Below, piece after piece: positions 12,601-25,800 of a stretch of 64,000 bases of DNA. Position 1 is the stretch's first letter. Each line of letters opens with the position of its first letter. Below the pieces are notes generated by a model. That model did no database searches and was not told the origin of the DNA. It worked only from the letters and a program-made list of their open reading frames with translations. The DNA comes from Rhizaria sp. SCN 62-66. Its lineage: Eukaryota. The DNA lies in the NCBI GenBank assembly GCA_001724265.1, contig MEDY01000197.1:1-64000 (forward strand), read 5' to 3'. The position numbers and the translations under genes are program-made.

Positions 12601-15600
12601 TGATGCAGTCACTGAGACAGGCGCTGCCGCAGCAACGCGCGACAGCAAAGCTGCAGCAGACAAGAGCGCGGTCGAAGACGGAGTCATTGTTGACTGCGAG
12701 CGCGTATGAGCGTGTGCGTCGATCGCGAGCCGAGCCCAGAGGTTCACAGCGGGCTGCATCGCAGCAGGCACAGCCTCAACAATTACAGGGGCGCTAACAC
12801 CGGGCTGTGCTTGAGCGTGACTGTGGCTGTGGCTGTAAATGTGATTGGAGTCCAGTTCGCCCCACGGCAGCGCACGCGCCATCACCCGGTGCGCAGACCC
12901 GTCAACAAGCGCAAGATCCACGCTCGCTGCGGCAACAACCGCGCCCGTGTACGACGTGGCCGGCACAGTCGCCAGCAGCGCCGCGTCACCCGCAGCGCTC
13001 GCGAGCGCGGCCGCGGGAGCGCACGTGTCAACCTCGGCCGCGGACGACACCGCTGCAGTGGCGCGCGCGAGCGCGGCTGCGGCGGCGCGCGCGCGCCGAG
13101 CGGCGATGCGCGCGCGCGTGGTAGCGGCGCGAGTGGCGGCAATGCGTGAATGCGCGAGGATCGCGGCTGTCGCGGGGTAGTCGGCGCAGAGCGACGCGTG
13201 CGAGACTGAGCCCAGTGCGGCCACACCGGGCGCAGGGGCGATGGGGGCATTGAGAGTCGGAGCGGTCGTCGACACCTCGAGAGAGCTGAGGGACGCAGAA
13301 GCAGCGGTGACGCCGGACGCGAGCACGGCGGCTAAATACGCAGCGACGGCCTCAGCATCAGCGGTGCTTACGTTGGAGTCGGAAATCAGAGCGGGGCCCA
13401 TGATGGTTGCGAAGGCGGCAGCAAGCGCGGCCGAGTCCCCAGCTAGCGACATCGCCAGCGCAGTCTCAGCGTCCGCAGACGCCGTCGCCGCGGCGAGTTG
13501 GCGTTGGGTGAGAACAACAGAGCTGTCCAATCCACCCGCAGCAGCGCCCGGCGCAGCGTCGCCCGCCGCACTCACAGCAGCCGTCGCGACAGCAGAAGCA
13601 GTTGCGGAGGCTGCGGACGTCGCTGCAATAAGCGCGGACGCGCTCAGCATGGGCATCAACGGCGCTAGCGAAGCAGCTGTGGCTGAGGCAGCGGCGTCAC
13701 TGTCACTGGCAGCACCAGGCGTCGGCGCGCGCGCGTTCTTGCTCGGTTTTGACGCTGCGGCTGCGTGGACAGTGACCGCGGCCGCGCCAGAGTGCGAACG
13801 CGTCAGCCGCTCAGTGCTTGCGCTGGCGCCAGTCGCCGGCGCACCGGCGACCGTGGTCGTGGCCGAGCTCGTGTTGAGACTGCTCTGCTTCAGCAGCCGC
13901 TGCGTCGGCGGGCCCGGCGGCAGTCCTGTCGCGGCCGCCGCCGCGGGGCCTGAAACAGCGACGGGGGCCGCGACAGGCGAAAGACCGTGAGCAACGCTGG
14001 CAAGGACGCTCGAGTTCGCAGTGTGGCGCCGGCTGCCGTCGCTCTCTGCGCTCGACTGAGATACCTCAGACGGCACACGCGCGAGTGGATACTGCACTGA
14101 CTGCTGTTGGAGTTGCTGCGACTGCTGCTGCTGCTGCTGCTGCTGTTGCTGTTGCTGTTGCTGCGCTGTCGGCGGAGGCGGCGGTTGCGTGGCAAAACAC
14201 ACCGCGCGCGTTGCCAGCAACGCCCTCGCTACAGCGGCCGCGTCCGTGGACATCGACTCCGGCGTCGGCGCCAGCGCCGGAAGCAAGCCCTGGAATCGCG
14301 CCAGATTCTCCGCCGCGGCCGCCGCAGTGGTGGGGTCGCCGATCAGCTCCAGCGGTTTGGGCGGCTGCAGCGACGGCAGAATGCGGCCCATGCCGGCCAC
14401 GTCGGCGATCGCGGACGCGGTGTCAGCTAAGTTAGCACGGCGGAACTTGTGCGCAGATGCAGCGGCAAACATCGCGGCCGGAGTCAAAACCGCGCTAACT
14501 GCGGGGACAGAGGCCGACGACGCAGGAGCAGCGGGAGCATTCGCAGTCGTCGCAGAAGCAGCAGCGGTCGGTGACGGCGCAGGAGGTGCAGCCGCGGTTG
14601 CGGGCGACTTCGCGGATGCATGCGTCGCCGCCGCCTCGCCAGCAGTGGCCGCAACGGCGGCAGGCGGGACCGGCAGCGCAAGTGCATGCGTTGCCGCAGT
14701 GATCGCCGGCTCGAGCTCTTCGCCCCCGTCGATCACAACGGCGGCGGCAAGCGTGCGAGACAGCGGCGCCCACAGTCGCGTGAGCGCGTCGCCGACAGAG
14801 CGCGCTGCGTTGGGGCCGTGCGCGAAGAAGCTGACAGACCGCACGTGCGCGATGCCAGTAGTTGCCGTCGCAGCCGCAGAGGAGGCGGGTGCGTTGTCGC
14901 TCGAATCATCGGCAATGAGGGGCACGTGTGTCACAGCGGGGATGGCACGCTTGTCACCGGTTCCGCGCTGCTGTTGCTGCTGCTGCTGCTGAGGAGACAA
15001 AGCGGACGCCAGCGACGCATCGTCGATGAGCATCTTGTACAAGAACAGCGCTAGCGGCGACGGCATCATTGCGTCGACACTACTATTCGCCGCAGCGCCG
15101 CCTGGGGCAGCAGCGGCGGTCGAAGAGCCACTGGCCCCGCTAACCACAGGCTTTGGCGACATCAGCGCGGGGGCAGCACTTGTCGCAGTCACCGTGGTTG
15201 GGGGAGGCGGGACAAGGACAGGTAAAATATCGACAGCATCGAGGAAATACGCTTGCGCCAGCGTCAAATGCGCGACTGACGCCAGCCCTATAAACAACAC
15301 GCCCGCTGCGGACGAGCTCGTACTGGGGCTCGGCGCAGAGGCCGGCGCCAGCGCAGGCGAGCCGTACGCACTGCTAATAGCACTGTTCGCACCGCTATTG
15401 CCACCATACGCAAGCGCAAAGCCCCCCGCGCTGTTCGCAGCGACAGAGGCAGGGGCGGGGGGAGGGCGCGGGCGCACGCGGAGACAGACGGGCAACAGCG
15501 CTACAAGGGCGCGCAGCTGCGCAGTGCGGCCGAGGCTCGCCACCGCGGCGGCCACGCTCTCCGTAGAGCCGTAGCCGCCCGCAATCAGCGCTGCGGCCAC

Positions 15601-18416
15601 TGCGGCGGCGAGAGCGAGCGTGCGACTTACAGCGCCAGCGGCCGCGTCGGTGAGTTCACCGAGCGGCAGCGCGGCGAGCGGGGCCGGCGGGGGCAGGCCC
15701 GGCAGTAGCACGACAGAGGCTGACGCGGAGACTGGCGCGATGATCGGCGCCACGCCGACCGATGCGGCGACTGTGGGATACGTGGCAAGGAGTGAGTAGA
15801 GCAACAAGTTAAGCTGCCGCCACTCGCGGGCCGCGCGCCGCCACAGCCGCCCCACGCACGGCGGCGGGGCGCCGCAGCCGTTCCAGTCCCCCTCGGCCGC
15901 CGCTGTCAGCGATGCTGCGGTCTGCGAGCCGCCGGAGCCGCTAGAGCTGTTGCTGTTGGCTGAGCCAGCGAGCGAGGGCGGCGCGGGAACCGCACTGGCA
16001 CCGCCGGCGGTGGAGGACGTTTGCGAGATGTCGCCGTCAGCACCGCTTTCGACGGACGCTGTAGAGCCGAAGCTGCCAACGCGCACGACAAGCGGCGGAC
16101 TCGCGTTGTTATGACCACTATTGCAGTTGCGGTTACTGCTGGAGCCACTGCCACTGCCATTGTTGTTATTGTTGTTGTTATTGAGCGCAGCGTTTGTGGG
16201 CGTCGGTGCCATCGCTGGAGTATGCGGCGCTGGAGGCTGCGCCGGCGGCGACGATAACGACGGCGGCGGTAAAATGGGCATCGGCTCGACGATCGCAACG
16301 CGCCAGCCCGCCGCAAGCGCGCGCGTGACCGTGGGCAGCGTTGTGCCAGCGCAAAGCCCGCTGCCGCATAGCCCGCCGCACAGTGACGCCGCGGCCGCGT
16401 CCGTCGCCGCGTCGGACCCAACCGCAGCCGCTGCAACAGAAGTGGCACCGTTGCTAGCGGTGGGCGTAGAGCGGGTCTCGGCGCCGCTGAGATAGCGCGC
16501 CACTGCAGCCGCGGCCGCAGCGGACACGGCGCCGGGGCTGGTGGTGCTTGATACCGCGTACCCAAGGGCGGGCGTGCCGGGCGACGGCGACACACCGCGC
16601 TGCGCAGTTCCCGAGGCGTGACTGTGGGCACTGTACGCGGATGCGACGCCGGCAGTTGCACCCAGCGCCAGCGCGCCGGGCACTGCGACGGTAGCGGCGC
16701 TGGCGTTGGCGTGCTGTTGCTGAGGCGGGATCGGGGAGGGCCAGCGCGCCGCGGTAACGCTGCTGGGGTTGTTGCAGCCGTTGCTGTGGGCGTCGTCGGT
16801 GGCGTCAGAGCCGGCAGCGCCACGCAGGCGCGTGTAGCCCTGGGTTGGCGATATCGAGGGCGGCTGACCACGATTGATATGGGCGCTATTGTTGTTATTG
16901 TTGTTGGGGCTGTAGAGCGACGGGCTTTGGCCGGACATGGACGACGACGGGGGTGCAAAGCCACCGTGGGGACCGTGACCGTGAACAGGGGCAGCCACAA
17001 CGTGCAGAGACGGCGACGGCGTCGGCTGTGGCGTCAAAGGAACCGTCAGATGACTGGCCATCGGCGTCGTCGTGTTGCTCGCGCCTGTGTTCACACTCGC
17101 AGTACTCGCAGTCGTGTTTTGACTGTTGTTGCTGTTGTTTTGATTAGTGTGAGTAGGGTTCGTGACCGTGGACGGGAGACCGTTGACTGCAACAGCTCGC
17201 AGCCAAAGTCCGGGCCCAGCTCCGGGGCCAGAACTCGGCAGCACCACCATCACGTCAATCTGCTCCTCTGAAGCCGAAGCAGCGCCTCTTACACCAGCCG
17301 ACATGGCTAGGGTACTTAAATTGGCCTGGGGAGTGCTGGCATCGCTGTTACTGTTGCCACGAGTCTTAGTACTGGCAGGACCCTGTGGCGTCTGCTGCGG
17401 CGCGCTAGCAGTCGTTGCGGCAGTCTTAGCAGTCGTCGGTGCAGTTTGCTGTTTCTGCTGCTCTTGCTGTTGAGCATTGGCCGTGAGCGTGAACGCGGTG
17501 GAGCGAGGGAGCACGTCCGGTGAGTGCCACACAGTGACCGTGGGCTGCGTGCACACGCAGTCGCCGTACACACACCGGCGCTGGCGCATCCTCTTGGCAC
17601 ACTGGCTGCGCCCGTGGCCACTCTTCGAAGGCTTCTGACCGTGACTGTGACCGTGACCAGGGGCTGACTCTTGCAGTTGTTGTTGTTGAGATTGACTTTG
17701 AGCAAGCCACTCTGTATCCCAGTCCCAACAGTCTTCATCTACCTTGCGGCCGCCGCGATGATTGCCATCGCTGTAACCAATGGTGCTCACAGTCACCTGG
17801 GTCTTCTGCTGTTGCACACGGTCGTTGGCGGTGTCGCCGGCGTCTTTGTCGCTGGTAAGCAGACCATCCTCATCGTCGTCATTGTCGTAGTCATCGCTCA
17901 TATCATGGTCATCGATGTCGCAGTCGCAGTCAGCGTCACCATCAGAGCCATTGTTAGGCGAGTGAGTGCTAGGGTTGTTACTATGATTGACTGCGCCACG
18001 CATGTGATGAAAGCGGCATCCACAGCACCGGCCGGGGCCAGGTTCACTGCCAATCGCACTCTGCGCAGCCGCACTAGAAGTCGCAGAGGCAGCGGCAGGA
18101 GTTGTAGTTGCAGCAGCAGATGCAGATGCAGCAGCAAACGCAGCAGCGGTGGCGGCAGTGGCAGCGGCAGTCGGCGTCGGTATAGAGCTAGCACTCAGAC
18201 TCGTGTTGCTGGGCTTAGCGCGCGGTGGCAACGGCACGCGTGTTGCGACGAGCCCATGTGTACGCGCGAGGGATGCCATCAGTGTCTGCTGGAGAACACG
18301 TGCCAGTGCCGCGTAGTGCCGGTGTGAGACCCATAGGTACGCACTGCCGCACGCGCCGGCGCTGCTGCGAGCACGGGAGCCCGCGCTGGAGCGGGAACTC
18401 ACGGTTGAGCCCGTCG

Positions 18417-18447
<31 letters not shown>

Positions 18448-19086
18448 TGATGATGAAGATGAAGAGGAGTATGAAGAAGAAAAGGCGGCGCTTAATCTGC
18501 GTGGGTACGTCAGGAGACGCGGACACGGGGGCGGCAGCGCGGGACCAACAGCAGCAGTGGCGGACAGCCCGCCGTTAGGAGGTGTCATCGCAGCAGCTGG
18601 AGAGACAGTCGCGGCGGCCTGTGACGGCGGCGGCGGCGTGAGAGCGTATCCGAAGGCAGCGAGTGATCGGGGCCAAGGAGTCGCAGGGAACGTGTCCAAC
18701 CAGCACGATAGTCGCCGCCTGGTAGTACCGGAGCTCAGCGCAAGCACCGTGGACAGTGGTAGGTGTGGGGTGCGCGGTGGCAGCGGCGGGCCGTGCATGG
18801 GCAGCGCGGGAGCAGGCAGCGGGCGCAGCGAAGAAGGAACGAAGGCAAGCGCAGGGAGAGACCGTTGTGAGAGCAGCATGGCCCAGGGCGACGAGCCTAG
18901 GGATGGCGACGGCGGCGACGGGGGAAAACGCGGTGGGTTGAGGATCGAGGTCGAGGTCTGGGACGGAGCATGGTGTGTTGAGGGGTGCGGAGGCGGGTAT
19001 GGCTGGAGGTTCGAAGCAGTTACCACTTGTGTTGTGCCCGATGCACTCGGACCACCACCAGGGTCGTTGCATCGCAAGCCATCCAT
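9658..19086 (-). CDS. Giant (3142 aa) intronless Ala/Ser/Pro/Gln-rich protein of unknown function ending in a CaaX box (CVIV)
   Basis: Uninterrupted 9.4-kb ORF flanked by AT-rich DNA. The C-terminus has a polybasic stretch (KPRRMKRSRRRSSR), an acidic tract and GGGGCVIV, then TAA. An in-frame TAA lies shortly upstream of the ATG. Confidence 0.85.
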
Positions 19087-19556
19087 CGCAACGCTGCGCC
19101 GGGTGCTTAGTAAACACTCCGGTTAGCAGTTAAGTTGAAGGCTTGAACGGAAGGGCTATGTAGATATGAGCCGAACGGGATTTGTGAGGAGCGATGGCGT
19201 TTGACTGGTTCAACGGTAGCGAGGTTAAATGAGGGTGTAAAGGAGCACAGGAACACAGAAAACAGATAGTCTTATTACAAATATAACGTCATTTCAGTCG
19301 TAAAAGTTTATACGTCTTGTGAAATTGCGTAGAAAATATTGCCCGTGCTACAAACTTGCTTTTAAATTGGTCCCTCCAATCCTTGCCGAACGGGGCTCGT
19401 CGCTGCCGCCGACCGTACCTCCAAACTCCGAAGCACAAAACGAGTGTATTGTGGGAGGATCTTTCAGCGAAGAGGCAAAAAATGATTGAAATTATAAACA
19501 ATAAACTTGTTTTTATCGTATAAAACTCGAAATAACTATGTATCCTGCGTATATCC

Positions 19557-22507
19557 TTACATATCCGTCTCACCCCAGCCGTCCCCACGCTTCACGCTGC
19601 GCCGAAGATACCCCAACTGGAACCCCTTGGGCGGCAGACCCTTGCGCAACGGCTCCGGCCACGCGTCCCCGCGCCGCGCCAGCAACGCCGCCAGCTGCCG
19701 CACCTCGCCCGCGGGCCACACGAAGACTTGGACTCCATTCATTGCACCTGTGCCGAGTCCAGCTGCGACGCCACTCGCAACGCCACCTGCGGCTGCAGCA
19801 GCTGCTGTTGTTGTTGCGTTGGCGATGGCGTTGAAAGCTGCAATAGCGGCAGCTGAGGCGCCAAGGGGAGGCATACGCGCCCACGAGCGCAGCGCATTGG
19901 CCACTGCGATTGTATCCGCGACAGTCTTTGCCGTGGCATGAGATTGCGACTCTGGATGTGGCGGCGACGGCGGCGACTGCGGCGACTGCGGCGACTGCGA
20001 GTGATTAGAACCCAGGTCAGCCTCAGCACACGCAAACATCACCTTGACTGATGACGTCAGAAATCCTTCCTTTCCACTGCTTACTTTAGCTGTCTCGTTC
20101 GTCTTTGAGTCGGACTCAGCTGAGACAGCGGCTGTGACGGCGTCAGTGAGCGACTACGACACTGCAACGGATCCGTCCCACCCCAGCACCTGCAGCGCCA
20201 GAACACACCCCTTATCCAAGTCAGCGACGGCGCCACGACTCAACGAGGAAGCGCCACCGTTCAGGGAGGAATCACTCCGGTGACCGACGGTGGAGCTGGT
20301 GTCCGGTGTCCCGACCAACAGGCAGCGCAGCGCACCGCGGGCGGAGGCGGCGGCCACGAGTGCGGCGGCCACTGCGCTCTCGAAGCGGTACGGCGCAAAC
20401 ACACCGGCGTCGCCACGCCAGCGGTTGTCGACGCTGGAGGCAGGCTCGAGGGTGTATTTAAACAGTCGAACAGCACCGGTAGGCAAAACAACAACCGTGG
20501 GCGTTGCCTTATGCGCCGTCATCGTCGTTGCATCATCAGTTGTGTGAACAACACTACCCGCCGTCGCAGTGTGATCGCAGTGACTATGCGCGCGAATGGC
20601 ACAGTCCTCGTGACTAGAACTGTGATTGTGAGCAACGTAGCCGGGAAGCCGCTTCACCGCTGTATCAAGCGCACTCTCACTCTGTGCAATGCCTTCACCA
20701 CACTGTATTGCCACAGCACTAGCCTCTGCAGCTCCCGTTGTCACTGTCGATGTTTCAACGACGACGGCGACCGCGACGGCCTCTCGTTCACCCACAAGCG
20801 TGCCGCAACCGGGGCAGTGTAAGGGCTCATACCAGCGGTGTAAGTACCCTGGCACAGACAGAGGATCAACTGATCCCGTCGGAATGCCACCGTGCTCACG
20901 GTCACCCGCAGGATGCTCATTACAGTCATGCCCACAGTCATCTGGAGCATGCCCACAGTCGCCACTGTTGTGCTCACAGTCACCTGAGCCATGACCACAG
21001 TCATTGTCATGCTTGCGTCCATCCTTGTCAGCACGTTTATCTTTATCATCATGACTGTGACCCTGGTGGCCGCCACAGCACGCTTCGTTCACAGTTGGTT
21101 CATCAACAGCTGTCGTTCCAATGTCGAGCTGTTTCAGAGCCTCGACAAGCGCGTCCGGTGAATCCAACAAAGGCACAACCGCAGCTGCAGCCGTCGCCGC
21201 GCCCGCCACCGCGCTCACAGTTGCAGCAGCGGCCTTCGCCAGCACCACGCCGTCCGCAATGCTGGCATCAGAAGAGTTGGCGGTTTGTTCGAGGGTCCGG
21301 AGAGGGGGTGCTGCGACGGCGCTCATGATGGCGCTTGCAGCGCCACCGTTGTGCACGAGAGGCAAATACCCGCCACAATGCGCGCGCACCGCAACCCGAT
21401 CACCCTCATCCGCGCCACAACTGCTGATATTGTTGCTGTTGCTGCCGCCGCTGTTGAATTCAGTCATCCCCCCCTGATCACTCGCAGTGTCGGCCGCATT
21501 TGCAGCAGTGCGAGAAGACGATGAAGTACCGTGAGAACGCGAAGTGACCGCGGCGGTGACCTGTAGCGCGGCATTCAGCGCGGACTGCGGCACTGCGAGG
21601 TCGGTCTCATGTGCGAGCAACCAGTCAAGACCGACGTATAGCCTCCCGGGCCGTGGCTGCACATCGTGCCGCGCTGCAGAAACGCGCGCGCGACGTTTGT
21701 TGTGGCAGAACCACATGTCAGCGCCCTCAGACCAGTACGGCGACGGCAGAGGCAGCACGGATATCGGAGCTTTCGGGGCGTCTCCTGCGTTGGAAGCAGT
21801 GGAAGCGTTGGCGGCGTTAGCGGCTGCGGCGGCTGCGGCGATAGTGGCAGCGCGCCACGCGGGAACGGACGGGTCAGCAGGGGCTGCGGCGGTCGCAGGG
21901 GGCTGCAGCGGGCGGAGAAGCGGCGCGTGGCAACACCGCGAGACGAGTCCAGCGGTGTAGGGTGCGAAAGTGAGCTCGGCGGGGGCGGGGAAGCAGTCGG
22001 ACTCGAGAGGCGCGGCCGGGAGCGGGCTCGCTGAGAGCGAGATACAACAAGCAGACAAAAACATACGAAGGAAAATACAATTAAAAATGGAAATATCAGT
22101 TGCTTAAAGGCTATACAGTTGGGGATACAATGTTTTAGATCATATTTGTTGTTACTGCACGTACTGGTATCTTCGAAGCGGACGCGGAGAATGAGGCAGC
22201 CAGGCGCGCGCGACGTGGCCGCAGAGTCGGGATCTACGTCGCAGTCAAACGTCGCAATAGGCAACAAGTAGTCGTTGTCAAGGTCAAGATTCACAGCGAG
22301 TGGGGACGCGCCGGGTCGCGGTGTGCGGCGTAGCGAGGCTCCGGCGGCGGCGCGGGCCGTGACAGGGAACGCGTCCGGAGAATCAGCGCAGAGGTAGAGA
22401 GTGCGGCGGGTCACCACAAGACGCAGGGATGCTGCCTCAGCGTCACAGCAGTGTACATAGACAGTAAAGCTGCGCGCTGGTGGCGACTTTTCAACAAACA
22501 GGAACAT
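19557..22507 (-). CDS. UBE3D/HECT_2 (E2-binding, Ipa1-like) family protein; about 938 aa with one in-frame TAG
   Basis: Exons 22507-22165 and 22030-19557; intron GTACGT...CAG, phase 1. Motifs: SRCCHAPLL, LPLPSPYWSEGADMWFCH, LHCPGCGTLVGE and VRLFKY. After the TAG at 20154-20156 comes the family-like C-terminus SVKVMF...LAALLARRGDAWPEPLRK...FQLGYLRR. Stop TAA. Confidence 0.8.
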
Positions 22508-22825
22508 TGGTGTTGTGTAGATGACGCTGCTCGATGAAGGTGGAGCAGAGGGCTCGGATGATGCCGTTTGGCGCGCCAAGTGGCAGGAACTAAACTGAGC
22601 AATTACCAAGCACGATTGTCATTTTTAGATGTGTTATATTGTTAAAAATATGACTGTATCAAAATATAATTGGGCAAATAACAATCACCCCTGTTGACGG
22701 AAATATGAGCTCATGCCAATACCATTTTTATTGACACCCAACGGGGCGCACGGGTCACTTGCTTTTTTGCGATTTCTTAATGTCTGTTGTTTGCCCTCTG
22801 CTAGTTTGGCTTCTGAAATCAGGAG

Positions 22826-25800
22826 ATGGAGGCGTTCAACGAAGTTTTCAATTGTCCCGGTGGGACAAAGTCTAACTCCTTCAAGCGAGACGACTCCGAC
22901 TCCGACTTCACTGACTTCGAGAGTGAGTTTGACAATGACGGCCAAGCCGCAAGCTCCGCGGCAACGGCGAGCGCAGACGGTGCAGGCGCGGTTGCTATGA
23001 CAGGTGGGCTTGCCCCAGGCCCTCAGAGATCTAACGTCACAGCCACACTGCTCGGCAGCCTTCACGAGGACAATTACGACGAAAACGACTCAGTCGTCGC
23101 CGAGCTGAACGACACCGCGCACCATCCGCAGCAGCAACAGCAGCAGCCGCCAGTCGGTGTCTACGGCCCTCCCGTGCCTGCTGGCACTAGCGCTGCTGAG
23201 CTCGAGCGCACTTCAACGCATGATGTTGCTGTCAGTGCTACTGCTGCGACAGACACGGTGAAAAGCGGTCCTGCGTCTACTACCTCCAACACCCACGGCC
23301 ACGCTCACGGTCACACTTACGGGCAAGCTGCCAACACCAGCGCCGGCAAATTGCAGGCACAGCCATTGGATGGACTGCAGCGGCAACATAGCGGTGCAGC
23401 GGGACGCGACGACACTGTGCGTAACCGTGGGATTTCGATGAAGCAAGATGACTGCGACATCTCACAGCATCCCCATACACAGTCACTTACACAGACGGTG
23501 TTACAGTCAGATTCGCAGTCGCAAACACGGATGCAGAACCAATCACAGAGGCTACTGCAGGCGAACGCGGAAAGGGAGAGTGATCGCTCGTTCCAGGCCG
23601 GCAAAGGCGACGATGATGCTAATGAAAGCAAGACGAGGGGCGTGAGTAAAGTCCACTCTAACGACACTGTGTCGTTTGCGAATGCAGCGCAGCGCGACTC
23701 GCAGCAACAACAAGCGAAAATACTGCATCCCTTGCCGATTCCTGAGTCACAGAAATTGGTGCCACAGCGACAGGCGTCAAGTGTCGCGCCATCTGCACAT
23801 GGTGATGGCATCATTTTCGCGCCTATAAATAACAACAAGTCCACATTACGTGTCATCAGTAGCACGTCACGTGACAGCAGCAAACCGCGGGCCGATAAAA
23901 GCAACGATATACCAACGGATAGCAAAACAACAGAGAACGGCGAAAGCAGCGCGCCAGTGGAGCAGCCTGGTGCGGGTCATGCGCCCGCTCTCGGTGATCA
24001 CAATCCACTGAATGATTCGCGCGCATCTGAGACGTCTTGGAACACCTCACTTGAGAAACTGCCGCATGCCAATGTTCCCCTGACGCGAACGTCTTCCGTG
24101 TACTCCTCCTCGTCATCTGCACAATCGCAGTCGCAAGCACAGTCTCAGGTACACGTACAAGCACATGCACAGGTACAGGCGCAGTCGCAGGCGATGAAGG
24201 CTCAGACGAAGTCTAAAGATACGGGACGGCTCAAGAGCTCTTAGTTTGCTGCCCAGTCTGCCCTACCGCACTCACCGACAGCGCCTGCGAAGATCGAGCC
24301 ACAGCATGACACAGCGACACCCCATACAAGGATGAATCACCCCATCTCCCAGGCTGTGGATGTCACGTTTGAAAGACATTCGATGTCCCCATAGCAGCAG
24401 TCGTCAATGGGCCGAGCGTCCGCCCCAATGCCGTTTACGGCAGCGTCCCTTACTTCTGTACAGTCTGAGAACAGTCTACAGCTGACGAGTGCCGCAGAGG
24501 CCCTGCTTGAGACTGAGGACGGCGGGCCACCGCCTCTCGAGCCTGTCAGGTCCGATGCCGGCGCCGCCGGCACCGCTGCCGGCGCCAAGGTGCGCGCGAT
24601 TGTGCAGTCGCAGCCGCCGCCGCCACTGGCGCCTCTGCCGTCCACTGCGTTTGCGGGAGATCGGAGGCACAGGAAACTTATCAAGAACAGCATCTGCAGC
24701 GACTACACCGACAGTAGCGATGATGACACCGCGGCAGCGCAACGTCCTAATGCGAGAGAAGCGCTCGCTCAACATGTCGACCAGACGTGCGTGCCACAAG
24801 TGGGAGCGAACATGAATGACGACAGTGACCACGCATCTGCGGCGCCATCCAGTGCGACTGTCAATCGGACTCACTACGACGCTTTCACCTCTGCCTTAGC
24901 GAGTGCTGGCTCCGATAGCAGCGATGCAAGCGCCATCGACGACTCCGGCGACGAGCTGATGACTACTTTCGTCAAGAAGGCTGCTGCGCGGCCGCCGTCA
25001 TCGCAGAGCGGACGTATTACGCGTCGACGTGCTGCCAGGCTCAAGATCAACCTTCCGAATGCCGTCGCTCGGATCACCAAGCTCGAAGTCGGCAGTTCAG
25101 CGGCATCCGCGGCAACTGCGCCCATGCGACCCGTGAACCAACAAAGCTCGTCAACTGACGCGAGTGCGAGCGCGGGCGCGAATGCGGCCGCTGCTGCAGC
25201 TGCTGCCGCTGCGGCGGCGTCGGCAAGTACTGGTGCTGCGAGTTCTACCTCGGGTTCCGGTACAGCGGCTGCGGCGTCGACTCGCCCTGGTAGACGTGGC
25301 CCTGGCTGGCCCCGCAAAGACAGTCTGCCGGGCTCTGGCGGTGTCTCTCGTGCGCAAAGCCCCCAAGTCCAGAGTCCTCGGTTCGGCGCATCTTCGGCAG
25401 CCAGCTCGCGTTCGACGAGCCCTCTCGGCTTGGCTCGCAACAACGCTGAGCAGCGGCGTCCAGCGGCGACGCGGAATCTGACGGGGAGCGAGCGCGAAGT
25501 CTTCTTTCAGGAGCAAAACCGCGCTGTGAGGGCGCAGAAGCAAAGCACGCGCGATGCGGACCGCGCGAGACGTGCTAATGCGCGCACAGTGGTCCCTGTA
25601 AGCGAGGCTGGTGGCGGCAGGCGTGCTGTGGGAGGCAATCGAGGCACTGCTGCTGTTCGCAAGAGCGCGACTTTGAGGGAGCTTGAGTTTGACTCGTCAT
25701 CATCGTCATCATCATCGCCATCGCCATCGTTATCATCGAGCTCTGAATCCGACTCTTCATCTAGCTCAGGCTCGTTCTCGGACGTGAACTCAAATTCAAG

